From Patellaria atrata CBS 101060 (Eukaryota), in assembly GCA_010093705.1 (NCBI GenBank), contig MU006098.1, positions 107,981 through 171,980 of the forward strand: a DNA stretch of 64,000 bases, read 5' to 3'. Position 1 is the first letter of the stretch; every line of letters starts with the position of its first letter. The position numbers were made by a program, and so were the translations under genes. The notes beneath the pieces were generated by a model, which saw only the letters and a list, made by a program, of their open reading frames with translations, searched no databases and was not told the DNA's origin. Of this stretch, positions 1-12,653 are shown in pieces.

Positions 1-526
1 CGGTAGGTTCTGTTTCGGTATCGGTGAAGGCGCTTTCAGACAATGTACCAGTTTCAGATATCTTTGACGTCCTCCGCAGCCTTTCTAATTCCAGATCCTC
101 CTGCACCGTCTCCTTAGCAACAATCTGCCTAGTTGGAGTGGACATAGCTTCGGTATTCGGAGACCAGAAAAGTCGGGACAGCGTCTGGGAAGAATCACGC
201 CGATCCTCCACGACATGAACAAAGGAAGGATATGCAAGATGTGAATGAACAACACCAGTAGATTCACTCGTTGAAGCTTCCGGGACGGATTCCATTGCTA
301 GGTCTATGGAGGTCCTCGTTTCGGGATTTGAAGATGTAGATAGTCGTCGTGCTGACTTCAGAACAGAACCTCGCCGATTGCTACCATCTTCATGGAGGGC
401 CTGCAAAGAACGTTCTTCGGGAAAAATAATGTTTCTTGAAGTATCTTTGGTGTTATTACCACGGAGGTCAGGATCGAGAAGAGGTAGAAATTGAGAATTC
501 CCGATTGTAGAACCCTCGACAGCCAT
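1..526 (-). CDS. Hypothetical Ser/Glu-rich protein, 5' part; runs off the window start
   Basis: ATG at 526 (MAVEGSTIGNSQFLPLLDPD...). The frame stays open for 175 codons to position 1 on manual translation. No recognisable domain. Confidence 0.55.
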   Translation of the reverse strand, partial: MAVEGSTIGNSQFLPLLDPDLRGNNTKDTSRNIIFPEERSLQALHEDGSNRRGSVLKSARRLSTSSNPETRTSIDLAMESVPEASTSESTGVVHSHLAYPSFVHVVEDRRDSSQTLSRLFWSPNTEAMSTPTRQIVAKETVQEDLELERLRRTSKISETGTLSESAFTDTETEPT

Positions 527-1137
527 CTTCAGATGTACGTTCAGTATTCTTTACACCTTGAGGGTTTCCTAGAGTGTAGTTTAGGGGATACAGTTGTGAA
601 CAAGCAAAAATTAGGAACTTTTTAGGGAGAAGGAAGTTGAATTGACTAAGAATGAATGTCAATCGTAGTGGAAAAGAGATAGAGAGGTTGAGGGTAGGTC
701 TAAAATTTCCATGTTCAACCCCGAAGACAAATACTTGAATGAAGAATATAATGAAGGAAAGAGCAGCTACCATCTGGTGACATATTGTTATCTTGAAGGC
801 AAGAGCTTTTGGATGCCTTAGCCTTAATAAGACAATGACGATGTTCGAAAATTATTAGCTCGGGAGCCTTACACAATGAGAGTGGGTGCTAAGTAGGATC
901 CATTCATCAAACGGATACAAATTTCAATTAAATAAGTAAATCGTTGTGATATTTGCTCGGAATGGAAGATGAGAACTATGATTCCACTGGGTTGAATCAC
1001 ATTTGCCATATTTCGAGTCCACTGAGCGAAATACACCACCGTCTTCAACGTTCATAAGGTATCCATGGCAAGATTATAGTAGAAGGAGGGTTTAAGGGTG
1101 CTGAGGTTAAGAAGAATGGAAAGGAGCAAATGACATA

Positions 1138-2927
1138 ACGTGCTTCACCAGTCAGTGAGCCACCCCACCAAGATCAACCCACGTCTTCAACAAAATCAAC
1201 AATGCCACTAACACAGAACCTCCAGAAGCTCCGGCAAGAAGGTAGATTACTTATTGCTACTAAGTCGCTTCAAGAAAACTGAATTTCAAGTATCCGGAAG
1301 GCCGCTACATTGTACGATGTTCTAAAGTCTACACTCCGTCGTCGAGTATACGGGGTAACACCTCAGAGCGCGTCTAACTCACGAAAACGAAAGCTACAGC
1401 TATCTAAAGAGCAGGCACTTGTAGAATGGATCCTCGACCTCGACCGATGCGGATTTCCGCCCCATATCATTGACGTACGCCGAATGGCAGACCATTTACT
1501 CGCCGCGCGGGGCCAGACTCCCACACCCGTCGGTAAGAACTGGGTATGCCGCTTTATCAACAACCAGCCAGACCTACAGACAAGATGAAATAGGAAGTTC
1601 CATTCTCAACGCGCGAAATGCGAAGATCGAGACGTATTTCGCGAGTGGTACAAGCGCGTAAATGAGACGCGCCAGAAGTACGGCATCCTAGACGACGATA
1701 GCTACAACTTTGACGAGACTGGATTCATGATGGGTGTATCTGCGACATCGAAAGTCGTTACAAGCTCCGATACTATAGGCCGAGCAATTCTTATACAACC
1801 GGGCAATCGCGAATGGTCGACGGCGATTGAGTGCGTTAATGCGACTGGGTGGGCAATCCCGCCCTTCGTTATCCTTCCAGGAAAGCTCTACCAGTCAAGC
1901 TGGTATCGGGGACTTAGTGACTGGATGCTCGCTGTTAGCGATAATGGCTGGACAACAGTTAAACTAGGGTTTGAATGGATTAAGCACTTTAATAGCTATA
2001 CAAAGTCTTGTACGAAGGGGGTCTACCGTCTACTTATACTTGACGGTCATAGTAGCCACGCGACGCCTGAATTCGACCAATACTGTACGGAAAACAAGAT
2101 AATTACGCTCTGTATACCATCGCATACGTCACATCGTCTTCAGCCGCTTGACGTAAGCTGCTACTCCTCTCTAAAGGTCGCGTACGGTCACGAGGTTCAA
2201 AAGCTCGCCTATTATAGAGTCCCCTATATTGATAAAGAAGACTTCCTAGCAATATATACTAAGGTGCGGCTATCTATCTTTATAGATCAAAATATTAGAA
2301 GCGGATTTCTTTCTACGGGCCTAATGCCGTACGATCCTGAGCGCGTTATATCGTTACTTCCAATCACGAAGACTCCGACTCCACCAAGCACGGCTAATGG
2401 GGAAGCACCCCAATGGACTTCAGAAACGCCATATACTACTACCCAGCTAGAGCAGCAAGCAAAGCTCATACGGGACATCCTTCGGCGCCAGTCACAGAGC
2501 CCTACGAGCCAAGCAATCAATCAACTTGTTAAAGGATGCCAGATGGCGATGCGTTCCGCTACCATACTCGCAAAGGAGAATTCAGAGCTTCGTACGGAAA
2601 ATCAACGCCGAAAACAGAAGCAGCAGCACCGCCGAAGGTATATCGCACATGGAGGGGCTTTACAGGCTCAGCCGGCTCAGCACATAGCTGAGGAGTTGGA
2701 AAATATGGAGCAGGAGGCCGACCAGAGCTGGGCTGATCAGACGCGACAGCGAGCACCACCCACGTGCTCTAACTGTCATAACCAAGGCCACACAAGGCGT
2801 CAATGTACTAGTATCTTAAGTAGCTCTTAAGCATAATTTTTTTCGAATATATTTTGTTGTAGTAGAGTAATCGTGCGAAAACGCGGGTTGATCTTTGTGG
2901 GGTGGCTCACTGACTGGTGAAGCACGT
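1138..2927 (+). mobile_element. Fot1/Pogo-family (Tc1/mariner superfamily) DNA transposon, full length ~1.79 kb
   Basis: 43-bp terminal inverted repeats at 1138-1180 (ACGTGCTTCACCAGTCAGTGAGCCACCCCACCAAGATCAACCC) and 2885-2927, with one mismatch. TA target-site duplication at 1136-1137 and 2928-2929. Internal transposase frame. Confidence 0.97.
1202..2830 (+). pseudogene. Pogo/Fot1 transposase with two in-frame stops
   Basis: One frame from ATG 1202 with TGA at 1280-1282 and 1586-1588. It contains an HTH/CENP-B-like N-terminus (EQALVEWILDLDRCGFPP), catalytic Asp motifs NFDETG, LILDGH and LQPLDV, and a C-terminal zinc knuckle CSNCHNQGHTRRQC. Confidence 0.93.
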
Positions 2928-3039
2928 TATTCAGAAAAGGTGTGACTAAGCAAACTCCAATAGCAATCTGGCTGGAAGCTCTCCCAAAATTAACACCCAC
3001 AATCACCACAGCTCCTGGAGAGCGAAGGAACCCAGCAAA

Positions 3040-4853
3040 ATGAAGGAGAGTTTTCTTGGACAATTGGCCCTTCTTGGATCAATTGTCAACCCGAGTTTGG
3101 CGGCTTCAGAACCGTCAAGGCCTCGTGGTGTTAGCCCCGAATGTAAGCTTCGACAAATTCACTTGACGTAAACATTGCATTTCTTACTAACTCCATTACA
3201 GTTTCTAAATTCTATAAATCTACTGATGGGTTCGCTTGCATATCAAACCCATCAATTGAAGTTGCGTTATCACAAGTTAATGACGATTACTGCGACTGTC
3301 CAGATGGTTCAGATGAACCAGGAACATCGGCGTGCTCGCATCTTTCCCCTCTATCGCCACGATCCCCAATAATCATTACCGATGACGATGATAATATTAC
3401 AGTTTCCTTACCGGGATTCTATTGTAAGAATAAGGGGCATCAACCAAGTTATCTACCTTTTACGAACGTCAATGATGGAATCTGTGACTACGATCTATGT
3501 TGTGATGGTTCCGATGAGTGGGAGGGAGTAGGAGGAGTAAAATGCGAAGATAAATGCAAAGAGATTGGCAAAGAATGGCGGAAACATGATGAACAGAGGC
3601 AAAAGTCTATGAGTACCGCGAATAGAAAGCGCAAAGAGCTCGTACTGGAAGCTGCCAGGAGACGTATGGAAGTTGAAGACAGAATCCGGTCACTCGGTGA
3701 AGAAATTACGGCGTTAGAATTCAAGGCAACTACCCTCGAAAAACAACTTGTTGAAGTAGAACGTAAGGAGAAATTCAAGGTTGTCACGGGTGGTGGCCAA
3801 GGAGGAAAGTTGGGCATTCTGGCTAGCCTTGCCAAAAACAGGATTACGGAGCTGAGCAGTTCGTTGAGTAGAGTTCGCAATGAGCGTGACTCTACTCGTG
3901 AGCGTCTAAATGAACTTGAGGGCATACTCACTAGGTTCAAAGAGGAGTATAACCCGAATTTCAATGACGAGGGTGTTAAGAGAGCTGTACGAGCATGGGA
4001 GAATTATGCGGCACGCGACAAAGGATCGGATGACAATGCTGCACTGGATAGAGATTTGGATGAGATCCTCAAACCCGATGCTGAAAATGGCCTTAACTGG
4101 GAAGAATTCGAGGAGGCGGATCAAAGTGATGTTGACGTCTGTAAGTTTTGTGATTTGGGTATTGCTACCATTGACTATCATTCTTGCTGACCCCTTATAG
4201 TGTATCAATTTGAAGCATATCTTCCTGGACCTGTTAGGGAGTGGGTTGACCAGAAACTTCGTGATTTGAGGACCACCCTTATTGAAAACGGCATTCTTGC
4301 AGGACCCAAAGATGATGCACAAGAATCAAAGGCTGTGATAGAAGCTAGACAGGCGGTCACAGATGCAAGAAATCATGTCGAGAATTATAAGAGGGACCGC
4401 CAGAATCACAAGGATGACCTAGAGAAGGACTATGGTCCTGATGACGTATTCCGAGCGTTAAAAGGTCAATGCATAGACAAAGATGCCGGTGAATATAATT
4501 ACGAGTTTTGCTTCTTAGATAAGACAACTCAAAAACCGAAGAAAGGTGGTTCAAACACTGGAATGGGTAACTTTGTCCGCATTGAGAAGGTTATGGTGGA
4601 TGAAGATGTTCCCCCTGATGGTAAGGGCTTGGGTTCTGGCGAAAGGATTGCTCTAAAGTATGAGAACGGTCAACACTGTTGGAACGGACCGAACCGGAGT
4701 ACTACAGTGATCCTGGCATGTGCGGAGAAAGATGAGCTGTGGAAGATTGTCGAGGAAGAAAAATGTGTATATCGTATGGAGGTGGGTACTCCGGCCGCCT
4801 GCGGTTATGATTCTAGTGGCAAAACATCACCACCACCGAGGGATGAATTATAG
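3040..4853 (+). CDS. GTB1: Glucosidase II beta subunit (PRKCSH/Gtb1 family), 3 exons
   Basis: Signal peptide from ATG 3040. Introns 3143-3201 and 4141-4200. Motif VNDDYCDCPDGSDEPGTSAC, a coiled coil, a C-terminal MRH domain (YENGQHCWNGPNRS) and the ER-retention signal RDEL. Confidence 0.95.
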
Positions 4854-7800
4854 ATGAGTATGTCTTTAAAATGTTGTATCAAACAAACAACAATATATCT
4901 TCAATATCTCATTCATCTACGCACTATCAACCGCACCTTTCGTTGTCTCTTCAATGTTTACCAGAAGCAACCATTGACATACTACAAGCTCCCGTTCATT
5001 ATGTTGGTTGGTGGCAAACACTCTCCTTACACCTCGTAGATGATCTAGCCAATTATATGGTACAAGCATACCTTTTATAACTGGCCGCTTTTCGTCTGGT
5101 CATTCCATCCGTCACAAGGTGGCAGTCAATCCGACATGTACGAAAGACATTTCCCGAATATCCATGTACAAAGACATACAACATGGTCTTAATTGTAGTA
5201 CGGAGGAGGTTACGCAGGCATTGTGGACTCGAGATGGGTAGTGCAACGATCGGAAGGACGATTACTGTCCTTGTGATGCCCCTTTTAGTATCCAGGGTGA
5301 TAATTCTTGAAGTAGTGTGTGATGTTGATTACTTGACATTCTACATCAATTTGACTGGGAAATAAAGTGAGCTATCGAGATAGATTTCCCAACCGATTTC
5401 AAATGAGTTGCGGAGCTATAGAACCGTAATGTGTTCGAGACAAGTGACTCTCAAATGAATACCTTACCTTACAGTTTTTCCGACACTATTCAGTGATCAC
5501 TGGGATTTCTGTTGAGGTAAGATAGGCATGCTAGGTCAATTCGGCAGGGACTTCTTCCCACGTTGGCCAGAACTAACAACATCTTCTGATCGTGACGACT
5601 GGCCAAACTCCACTTGTTCTTCCCATAAATATTTGCTTCGTGGGAAAAAGGGTCTCACTACGCATCTGAATAATCAATCTCGCCCCTCTATCAAGATACG
5701 CAACTGACGCGCGGTCAACCAATCTGCAGTAGAACGGAATAGTTTCGGTGTTTCTTCTTTTTTATTCTCCTGAGCTCGCCGCTGACCGTAGTTCTAGTTG
5801 CAGACTTTGCGCTGATATGAAACATCTATCTGACGCACGCTATTCCCACGTTCAACACTACGCTGACGCCTCTCTATTTCACTCAGCCGCTTCTGCATTT
5901 TCAACGGAATGCTCAGCCAGCACCACGGACCTCATCACGGTTTCTTTTGTTTTCAGGACCTCACCAGTGATAAACATGACGTTGGATCTGCAAGAGATGG
6001 AAAAGTAGATCAACTGGTACCGACTTTTAGCAGAGACTGGTACTGGGAATATGGTATTATTCTCCGATTATCCAGATGCAGTTTCAGATGCTTGTTTAGT
6101 TCTTATTATTGCTGAACGGAAAGGGTCATAGCTATAATACACAACTTGAGCACGGTAACGTGAGCCCTACTGCTGTACGACGCTCCTCGACCTGGATATC
6201 AGTTATTACGCAAGCATGGAAGTTCCTTGCACCAACCAAGTCCTAGACCGGATATGCAGAATCTCTTTGGCGGCTGCTCACGCCAGAGGTCCCACCTTAA
6301 GCCAACAGATTATGAGAAAGAGTTCCCAAACGATGGCGTGCGGCATACAGGAGATGTGCATCCGTAGGTTCAACTTTGCTGAAAAGCAGTATGAAACTGG
6401 ACGATCGACAAATCCAAGCCAGGGACTCTCGTGGAGGACAGGTACCGACGATGATTTCTTTAGTGATGGTGATCGGAGTTGCATCCATCACGCTGGGAGA
6501 GAGTTAAGGAGGTTTGGTTTTAGCGCTGATTATTGGAATCGCTTCTGCCCGGTTTCCCCTGTTCATCTCCCTTGTTCCGCGCTTCAAGATGCAGGGCCGG
6601 GGGATCCACCAGAGGGCTTATGGAGGACTAAGCAAATAACATCAGAGAAAAACCTGGAATTTCCCTGGGCACCCCTATTATCCCTCTAGGGTTGACTTTC
6701 ACTACTTTGTTGGTTGAGCTAGAGTGCTTCAACTACTGTGTACAATAGGAGAAGTATAAGCAAGAGAACTGTATGGAATAGAACTTCAAAACCCCTAGGA
6801 TTGTGACTGTTTGACGATGCGACGCAACTCACGACAGAACCACCAAGGCTTCGTTCTCAGCACAAGATGGCGGGTCGGGTGTGGCTAGAGCTAGAACCAA
6901 TGTTTCGCTGCAACAGCGTTCTGCACATGGTGTGTCGTTTGATCTCCTTTTGGTGCTTCCGTTAGATAGACGATACCGTAGGGAAGTGATTGGCGTTATT
7001 CTCGCTTCAGGGGGAAGGACTGCATATGTCTCAAACGAGGAGCGGGAAGGGGGTCCCTATTCGGGAATTTTTCATGTTTGCTTTACGGGAGGATATTTAT
7101 CGTCCACGAAGGACATGACACGATTTGATTATGATCGCAAAGGAGAAGGGATGAATATCTTGGTGCATCCTTTGATACCTTAAGTTAACATTTATACATC
7201 TATAATACCATCTTTTGGTGAGACGATACATCATTGCGCATAGTTGTCTGAACTGAAAAGTTGGGGGTTAAGCGTACCGAGAATTCCTTGCCGGTTCCTG
7301 CAGTAGTTAGTCGATTACCCCTTACCACACCGGGAAGTACCCGTTTTTCCCTTTACAACGCTGTCAGGTACCTTATCGATACGTTACTGCACGTCTACAC
7401 ACCTCAGCACTTCCAGGTTCTACTTCTCTGCCAACAAACATTTCGCCATTTCGCCATTTCGCAAAGCACCAACGATCCTCATCATCTCCACGAACCGCAA
7501 AGACTTGTATAGGATTACCTTGCATCTCGTTGCCCCGATTATCGACAATTGATCGAAGATTAGCTCTTACAAAGTGGCACGGCGGCGTTTCCAGTTTCCC
7601 GGCTCTACGTTGGAACTACAACGGTACTACCAGGCGCTAAGCTCATAACGCGCATAGTAAACGGTATGTGGGAAATTAATTGAACGCTCTGAGCAAGTGA
7701 GCAATAGGCGAGCAGTCATGGACTCCATGGCTCAAGGGGGGGGGGGGGTACCCCAGTTGTCGTTTTTTTGGGCGTCGAAATGAGATGAGCACCGCCTGGG

Positions 7801-8819
7801 GTCTCCCTTATGGCTGCCATTTAGCCCAAGACCCCCGTGGCTGCAAAGAATCCCACGATGGCTCCTATGCCTTTTCTTCCATCCATATTTCCTTCACGTG
7901 TGTGATTCGCGATCTTCCCACAACAACTTCACTAACACTTCATTTCTTGCTCTGGCAGTTTTGCAGAGATATTCGTTCCTTACATTCCAACTGCATCTCG
8001 TTCTTTCGACTTCGTCGCCCGTGCTGGATTCGTCACACAAAACTTGCACCTTCTCTCCTTTAACCGCAAACACGCACCTCCTCGAGGATTGATTCCATAA
8101 TCGTCAAACTTGGACACTCTACCACCGCTCTCCTTCACAGTTCCACTTACCAAGGTCATCATTGTCGCCTGGACCTCAATCAATCGACTCCTAACTGCTC
8201 ACGGCCAGCGTCCATTCGTTCCTATTTCCATCCGTTGCTCTTTCGCGCACGAAGCGGACGCGAATATATTCTCAACACCCTCTCGACAAAGTCGATACAT
8301 TCTCTACAGCGTATATGGAGACTATCATAACTAGAAACACATCCATTGGCGTAATTTCAGGCTCTTGAAATACCAGGCCTGGTGGCTAACAAGGTACGTT
8401 AGTCGCAGCAGTTGTAGCGGTAGCCCAACGTCTCCACGGTTCCTGAACCATAGCATCAACACATTACGAGAAGACTGACGTATTAATAGACCCGGAATAA
8501 GTGTGTTCCGTTATACCTTTTTTTTTTTCTTTTTCTGTGGGAGGGGGGGTCCATTATTCTCCTGAATAGACCTTGCCGTGCGTTCTCTTCGATAGAACGC
8601 TAAGCGCCCTTTGAATCCTGGTCCCTAGACTCTGATCTTCAACGAAGAACTCATATCTTGCAAATATTCCTTACCCCTGTATACTATAATCACCGTATGT
8701 GCTTTTCATTCTAATCAATGAGTCTACCGCCACCATTCTCCTTGCCGATCAATGGCAAAGAATCAAGACAGCAGTTCACACTGCATAACGTTCGTCTCAC
8801 TAACCTCTATAAGGGAACA

Positions 8820-11800
8820 ATGAATCGAATGTTCACGAAAAAGAAGGCGAAGGTCGTCTCAGAAGATGACTCTTCGGGATTCTCCATCCCTTCAAAGAAG
8901 AACAAGAAGGGAAAGAAAGGTGAACCTGAAATGAAGCCTCAAGTAGATCTCTCGACAGCATTACCTTCTTCCGACGATTTTCGTACAAGTCTTCTGATGC
9001 CAAACCTTTCTGCTCGATTTAGTATGCTCAGAGAGCAAGACGACCCGAACTCGAAAATAGGTAAAGCAAGTGACGATAGTGTTCTGCAACCGAAACGACA
9101 ATCCCGGCTGGCTGATTTTGGATTTAAAGCTGGAGCACTGGCTGATATTGACGAGGTGTCTTCTATCAACAGCTCCATCAGACCTCCATTTGCATATGGT
9201 CGACAAGGGTCGGTGGATAGTTATGCGACAGATGATGAAAATGCTCAAAATGGAAGTGTAATGAGCAGGTCTAGACCTGGTGAAGGAAATGTTCTCTTTG
9301 GCGGGCGTCAAAAGATTTACACATTGAACGACCGAGGAATGGGACGTGCTCTCTATGAAGATGATGTGGCTTTATCCTCATTCCAGAGGCTACGACAAGA
9401 AGAAAGGGAAAGAGAGAGACAACGAGTGGAGGCAGAACTCAATGCTGAGCTTGAGGAACAGGATATTAGTCCTAAGGAATCCGCGAACTCTCCGTCTATA
9501 TCGGGGCTTAGCAAGAGAGAGACATCATCTTCCACAAATTCTGGGCCATCTTTCACGCGCACATCCACCGCAGCAACTTCAATCGCTTCCCAAGGGGCTG
9601 GCGCAATCCCGCCAAGTCCTCCCACCGTACCAAGTGCTCCATCACAATTCAACGCTGCTCCCAATTTGGACCGGTCAAAAACTCGACGGCTGTATGAATC
9701 GGGACTTGACCGTGATATTCATGATCAGCAATCCTCAGCGATGAATCGACTCAATTCGATACAGAAACAGCGAATCATGAATACAATCCCAACTCCTCCC
9801 TCTCTTTCCCAGGTGAGAAGTAGTCCCAACTTACAGGATCGTTTCAACCGAGCAGGCCATCCCATCCGAGCTGCCAGTCCTCCGCCTTCGGCACCCTTAA
9901 TGAATGTGGCAAATTTTGAGATTCGCAGAGATACCGAAAGGATTGGCCAAACATCAATATTACCTCACTCCCCTCCTATGAGTCCACTGGGAAGCGATAG
10001 TGAAGAGCACAATCCGCTCCCATCCGCCATCAGACCTAGTGATCGAGGTAAAGCTACGGCTATGGGCGCCTTCAACAAACCAAAGCAGTTCGATGAGCAA
10101 CAGTATTTGCAACGAACACTGCAGATGCAACGTGGTAGGGAAACACCACCCATAAGAAAAGAATCACCATCACCTTCCAGACCTGTACAGACGATGCGAG
10201 CAGAATTCGAAAGGAGACGAGCAGAATCCAATAACACTAGTCGATCAAATTCAGTCAGCCAACCTGAACCACCATCGGCATTGTCAGTCTTCCAGAAAGC
10301 TGCTAGTCAACTGAGAGCAAACGTATCTGAAAGCCCGGAGGCAAAATCTGCTTCCAATGTTCAGCAAACAAGCGTCGCTGATACCCCTAATCCAGAAATC
10401 AAGCTTGATTCGCAAAGAACTTTCTTTGCTTCACCGGATGATAGCGAGGTTGAAGATGAATCTTACATAAAGACGGAGACTAAGCCCGTGGTTCCTAAAC
10501 AAGAGCGACGCAGAGTAGTAGATCCACGAAATATCCCAACCACAGATCTTCCAGCCCCCCCTATATATGAACATCCTGCCCTAAGGTCAACAACATCCCT
10601 CGAACATTCTCCACGTGAGGAGAGAGCAAATAAAGATTTGCCAGAACTACCCCAGTCTTCTCTTTCCGATCGTGCGTTATCTGTTGGAACGCTAATTAAG
10701 TCTGATGCAACGGATGTAGATTCACCTACTTTAGGTCCGAATACTGGTGGTTTAAGTGGTCTCGTCCGTCAACATCTCCGCAACACGAGCACTCAATCTT
10801 CAGTTTACGGTGATGTCCCAGCCCCGCTAGCTCTCAGGACTCAGGATGTTGGTTTACGACCTACACAAGGCTCTGAATCAGAAACTCCTGCACATTCGAG
10901 CTATAGCTATTCGAATCCGTGGGATCTTGAGGATTATGATCGTTCTTATTACGGTGAAGTGGATAGCCGAAGCTCTGTAAGCCCTGTTGATAACTCTCAC
11001 GTCAAAGTTCAGACGAACGAAACAACCAAACCAACCCCCCGCGCACATCCATCGTCAGGAACGGATTATAACATGACTTCTCCATGGGAAGAAGAGTTAC
11101 AGAAGAAGCATTCTAGAGGAGCCAGCACTGAGACCACTCATGAACGAGAAGCTCTTGCTAATGAATTAGCTGAACGTAGAAGACAAATACAGGAGAGTGT
11201 GCGGAACAAGGTCGCAAATCAAAGCCGGTCTGCTAGTCCATCTCCTGGTCCATTCAAAGCGTTGGGAATACTCCGTAACAAAGTCAGCAGAGATTCCATG
11301 GCGGTAAATCAGGATGTCCCGGTAGCTTCTACAAAGGCCATGAAAATGCTTGGTATAAACGCTTCAACAATGAACACCAGCACGACATCACTAAGTGGAC
11401 AGGGTTCGCCAGATGATAGATCTAATAATACTAATGAAGGTCGCGAGGTACCAGAGGGGCCATCTCGACACCCTATGTCCCATTCGATCCAATCTAGGGT
11501 TCCTCAAGACGACTCTGCAATCCCCTCTGAGGTTGGGACACCTAAGAAACGTGGTCCCAGCGAAGAAGAACCCAGGGATATACGACCAAAGGGTAAATCC
11601 CCACCATCTTCAACAAAGAGTTCGATCCGAAACCGATCTAGCTCTGATATGTCGTCTGGCCGGTCCAGAAGCCGTGCTGTTCCTTATCGGGATGACGTCG
11701 AAAAGTGCATGGCTGGGGGAACTAACTCTGTTATGACAATTCCCTCACCCCAACCAGTAGCTCCACTTTCTCCAATCGTCCCACAAAGCTTCGTGCATTC

Positions 11801-12653
11801 GGCTCGGCCGATAGGAGAAGTAGAGGCTAAGCTCCATCACAAGTTGACTCCCGAAGAGCATACTGCCAGAGCGAGGACGAATAGCAAATCCGGGTATTTT
11901 GATCAAAGGACTCTTCTTCCTATTCAGACCTCACATAGCAATACATCGCTACCTCGTTTGTCCCCAGGTATGCTAAGTCCTAATCCTGGAGTCTCACCTA
12001 TACCGTCACCTCGACCATCTCCTGGACCTTTCAGTCCTTCACTGCGATCTGGAATAGGTGCAGGACCGTACTCTGCGAATTCTACTCCTCCAATTTCGGC
12101 TTCGACGACACCAGTCGCTCCTGCTTTCGATCGTACTGGTACAATGCCGCAAATGTCACGGATACCGACTCATCGTAAGAAATCGGTTAACAAACACGAT
12201 ATCTCCGAGCCTACATTGATCTCCAAGACCTCTACCGTCGACCTCGTTTCTCTTCCGCCTGGTGCGTCACTTGCTAACGGTGCGAATGGACCTCCTCCTC
12301 CATTACCGCCGCTCAACCCTCGCCGTCGTCGCTTCGGTTTTGGACGTAGTGAAAACGGTCAGGACAACACACAGACCGTGTCTCCGATACAAACCTCCAT
12401 CCCACAAGCTGTTCCTGAGACCAGTGCTTTTTCGGACGAAGATGATAAACCCCGTCAACGCCAAAGGCTTCGAAAGAGCTCGAGTGAGGGTCGTAGTCTC
12501 CACGCAAAAGCCATGCAGCCACCGGTTGGGCTACCGCGCAGCCCAGCAATGCAACCACCGGTCGGTTTACCACGCAGTCCAGCCATCTCTCATGGGTTTG
12601 CAGGACCAAATGGCTCCCCTCCCAAGCCCGCGCCAGAGGGTGGCATGTTCTAA
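8820..12653 (+). CDS. Large, mostly disordered Ser/Pro-rich fungal protein (~1277 aa)
   Basis: Uninterrupted ORF 8718-12653. The likely start is ATG 8820 (MNRMFTKKK), because a GTATGT(8695)..CTAAC..AG(8813) UTR intron precedes it. Conserved-looking blocks: ALPSSDDFRTSLLMPNLSARFSMLREQDDP and KSVNKHDISEPTLIS. Confidence 0.85.
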   Translation: MNRMFTKKKAKVVSEDDSSGFSIPSKKNKKGKKGEPEMKPQVDLSTALPSSDDFRTSLLMPNLSARFSMLREQDDPNSKIGKASDDSVLQPKRQSRLADFGFKAGALADIDEVSSINSSIRPPFAYGRQGSVDSYATDDENAQNGSVMSRSRPGEGNVLFGGRQKIYTLNDRGMGRALYEDDVALSSFQRLRQEERERERQRVEAELNAELEEQDISPKESANSPSISGLSKRETSSSTNSGPSFTRTSTAATSIASQGAGAIPPSPPTVPSAPSQFNAAPNLDRSKTRRLYESGLDRDIHDQQSSAMNRLNSIQKQRIMNTIPTPPSLSQVRSSPNLQDRFNRAGHPIRAASPPPSAPLMNVANFEIRRDTERIGQTSILPHSPPMSPLGSDSEEHNPLPSAIRPSDRGKATAMGAFNKPKQFDEQQYLQRTLQMQRGRETPPIRKESPSPSRPVQTMRAEFERRRAESNNTSRSNSVSQPEPPSALSVFQKAASQLRANVSESPEAKSASNVQQTSVADTPNPEIKLDSQRTFFASPDDSEVEDESYIKTETKPVVPKQERRRVVDPRNIPTTDLPAPPIYEHPALRSTTSLEHSPREERANKDLPELPQSSLSDRALSVGTLIKSDATDVDSPTLGPNTGGLSGLVRQHLRNTSTQSSVYGDVPAPLALRTQDVGLRPTQGSESETPAHSSYSYSNPWDLEDYDRSYYGEVDSRSSVSPVDNSHVKVQTNETTKPTPRAHPSSGTDYNMTSPWEEELQKKHSRGASTETTHEREALANELAERRRQIQESVRNKVANQSRSASPSPGPFKALGILRNKVSRDSMAVNQDVPVASTKAMKMLGINASTMNTSTTSLSGQGSPDDRSNNTNEGREVPEGPSRHPMSHSIQSRVPQDDSAIPSEVGTPKKRGPSEEEPRDIRPKGKSPPSSTKSSIRNRSSSDMSSGRSRSRAVPYRDDVEKCMAGGTNSVMTIPSPQPVAPLSPIVPQSFVHSARPIGEVEAKLHHKLTPEEHTARARTNSKSGYFDQRTLLPIQTSHSNTSLPRLSPGMLSPNPGVSPIPSPRPSPGPFSPSLRSGIGAGPYSANSTPPISASTTPVAPAFDRTGTMPQMSRIPTHRKKSVNKHDISEPTLISKTSTVDLVSLPPGASLANGANGPPPPLPPLNPRRRRFGFGRSENGQDNTQTVSPIQTSIPQAVPETSAFSDEDDKPRQRQRLRKSSSEGRSLHAKAMQPPVGLPRSPAMQPPVGLPRSPAISHGFAGPNGSPPKPAPEGGMF

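Noticed and set aside
5100..8400. Short ORFs, including 6216-6689 (157 aa)
   Set aside because: No recognisable motifs or coherent splice model; treated as intergenic/UTR.
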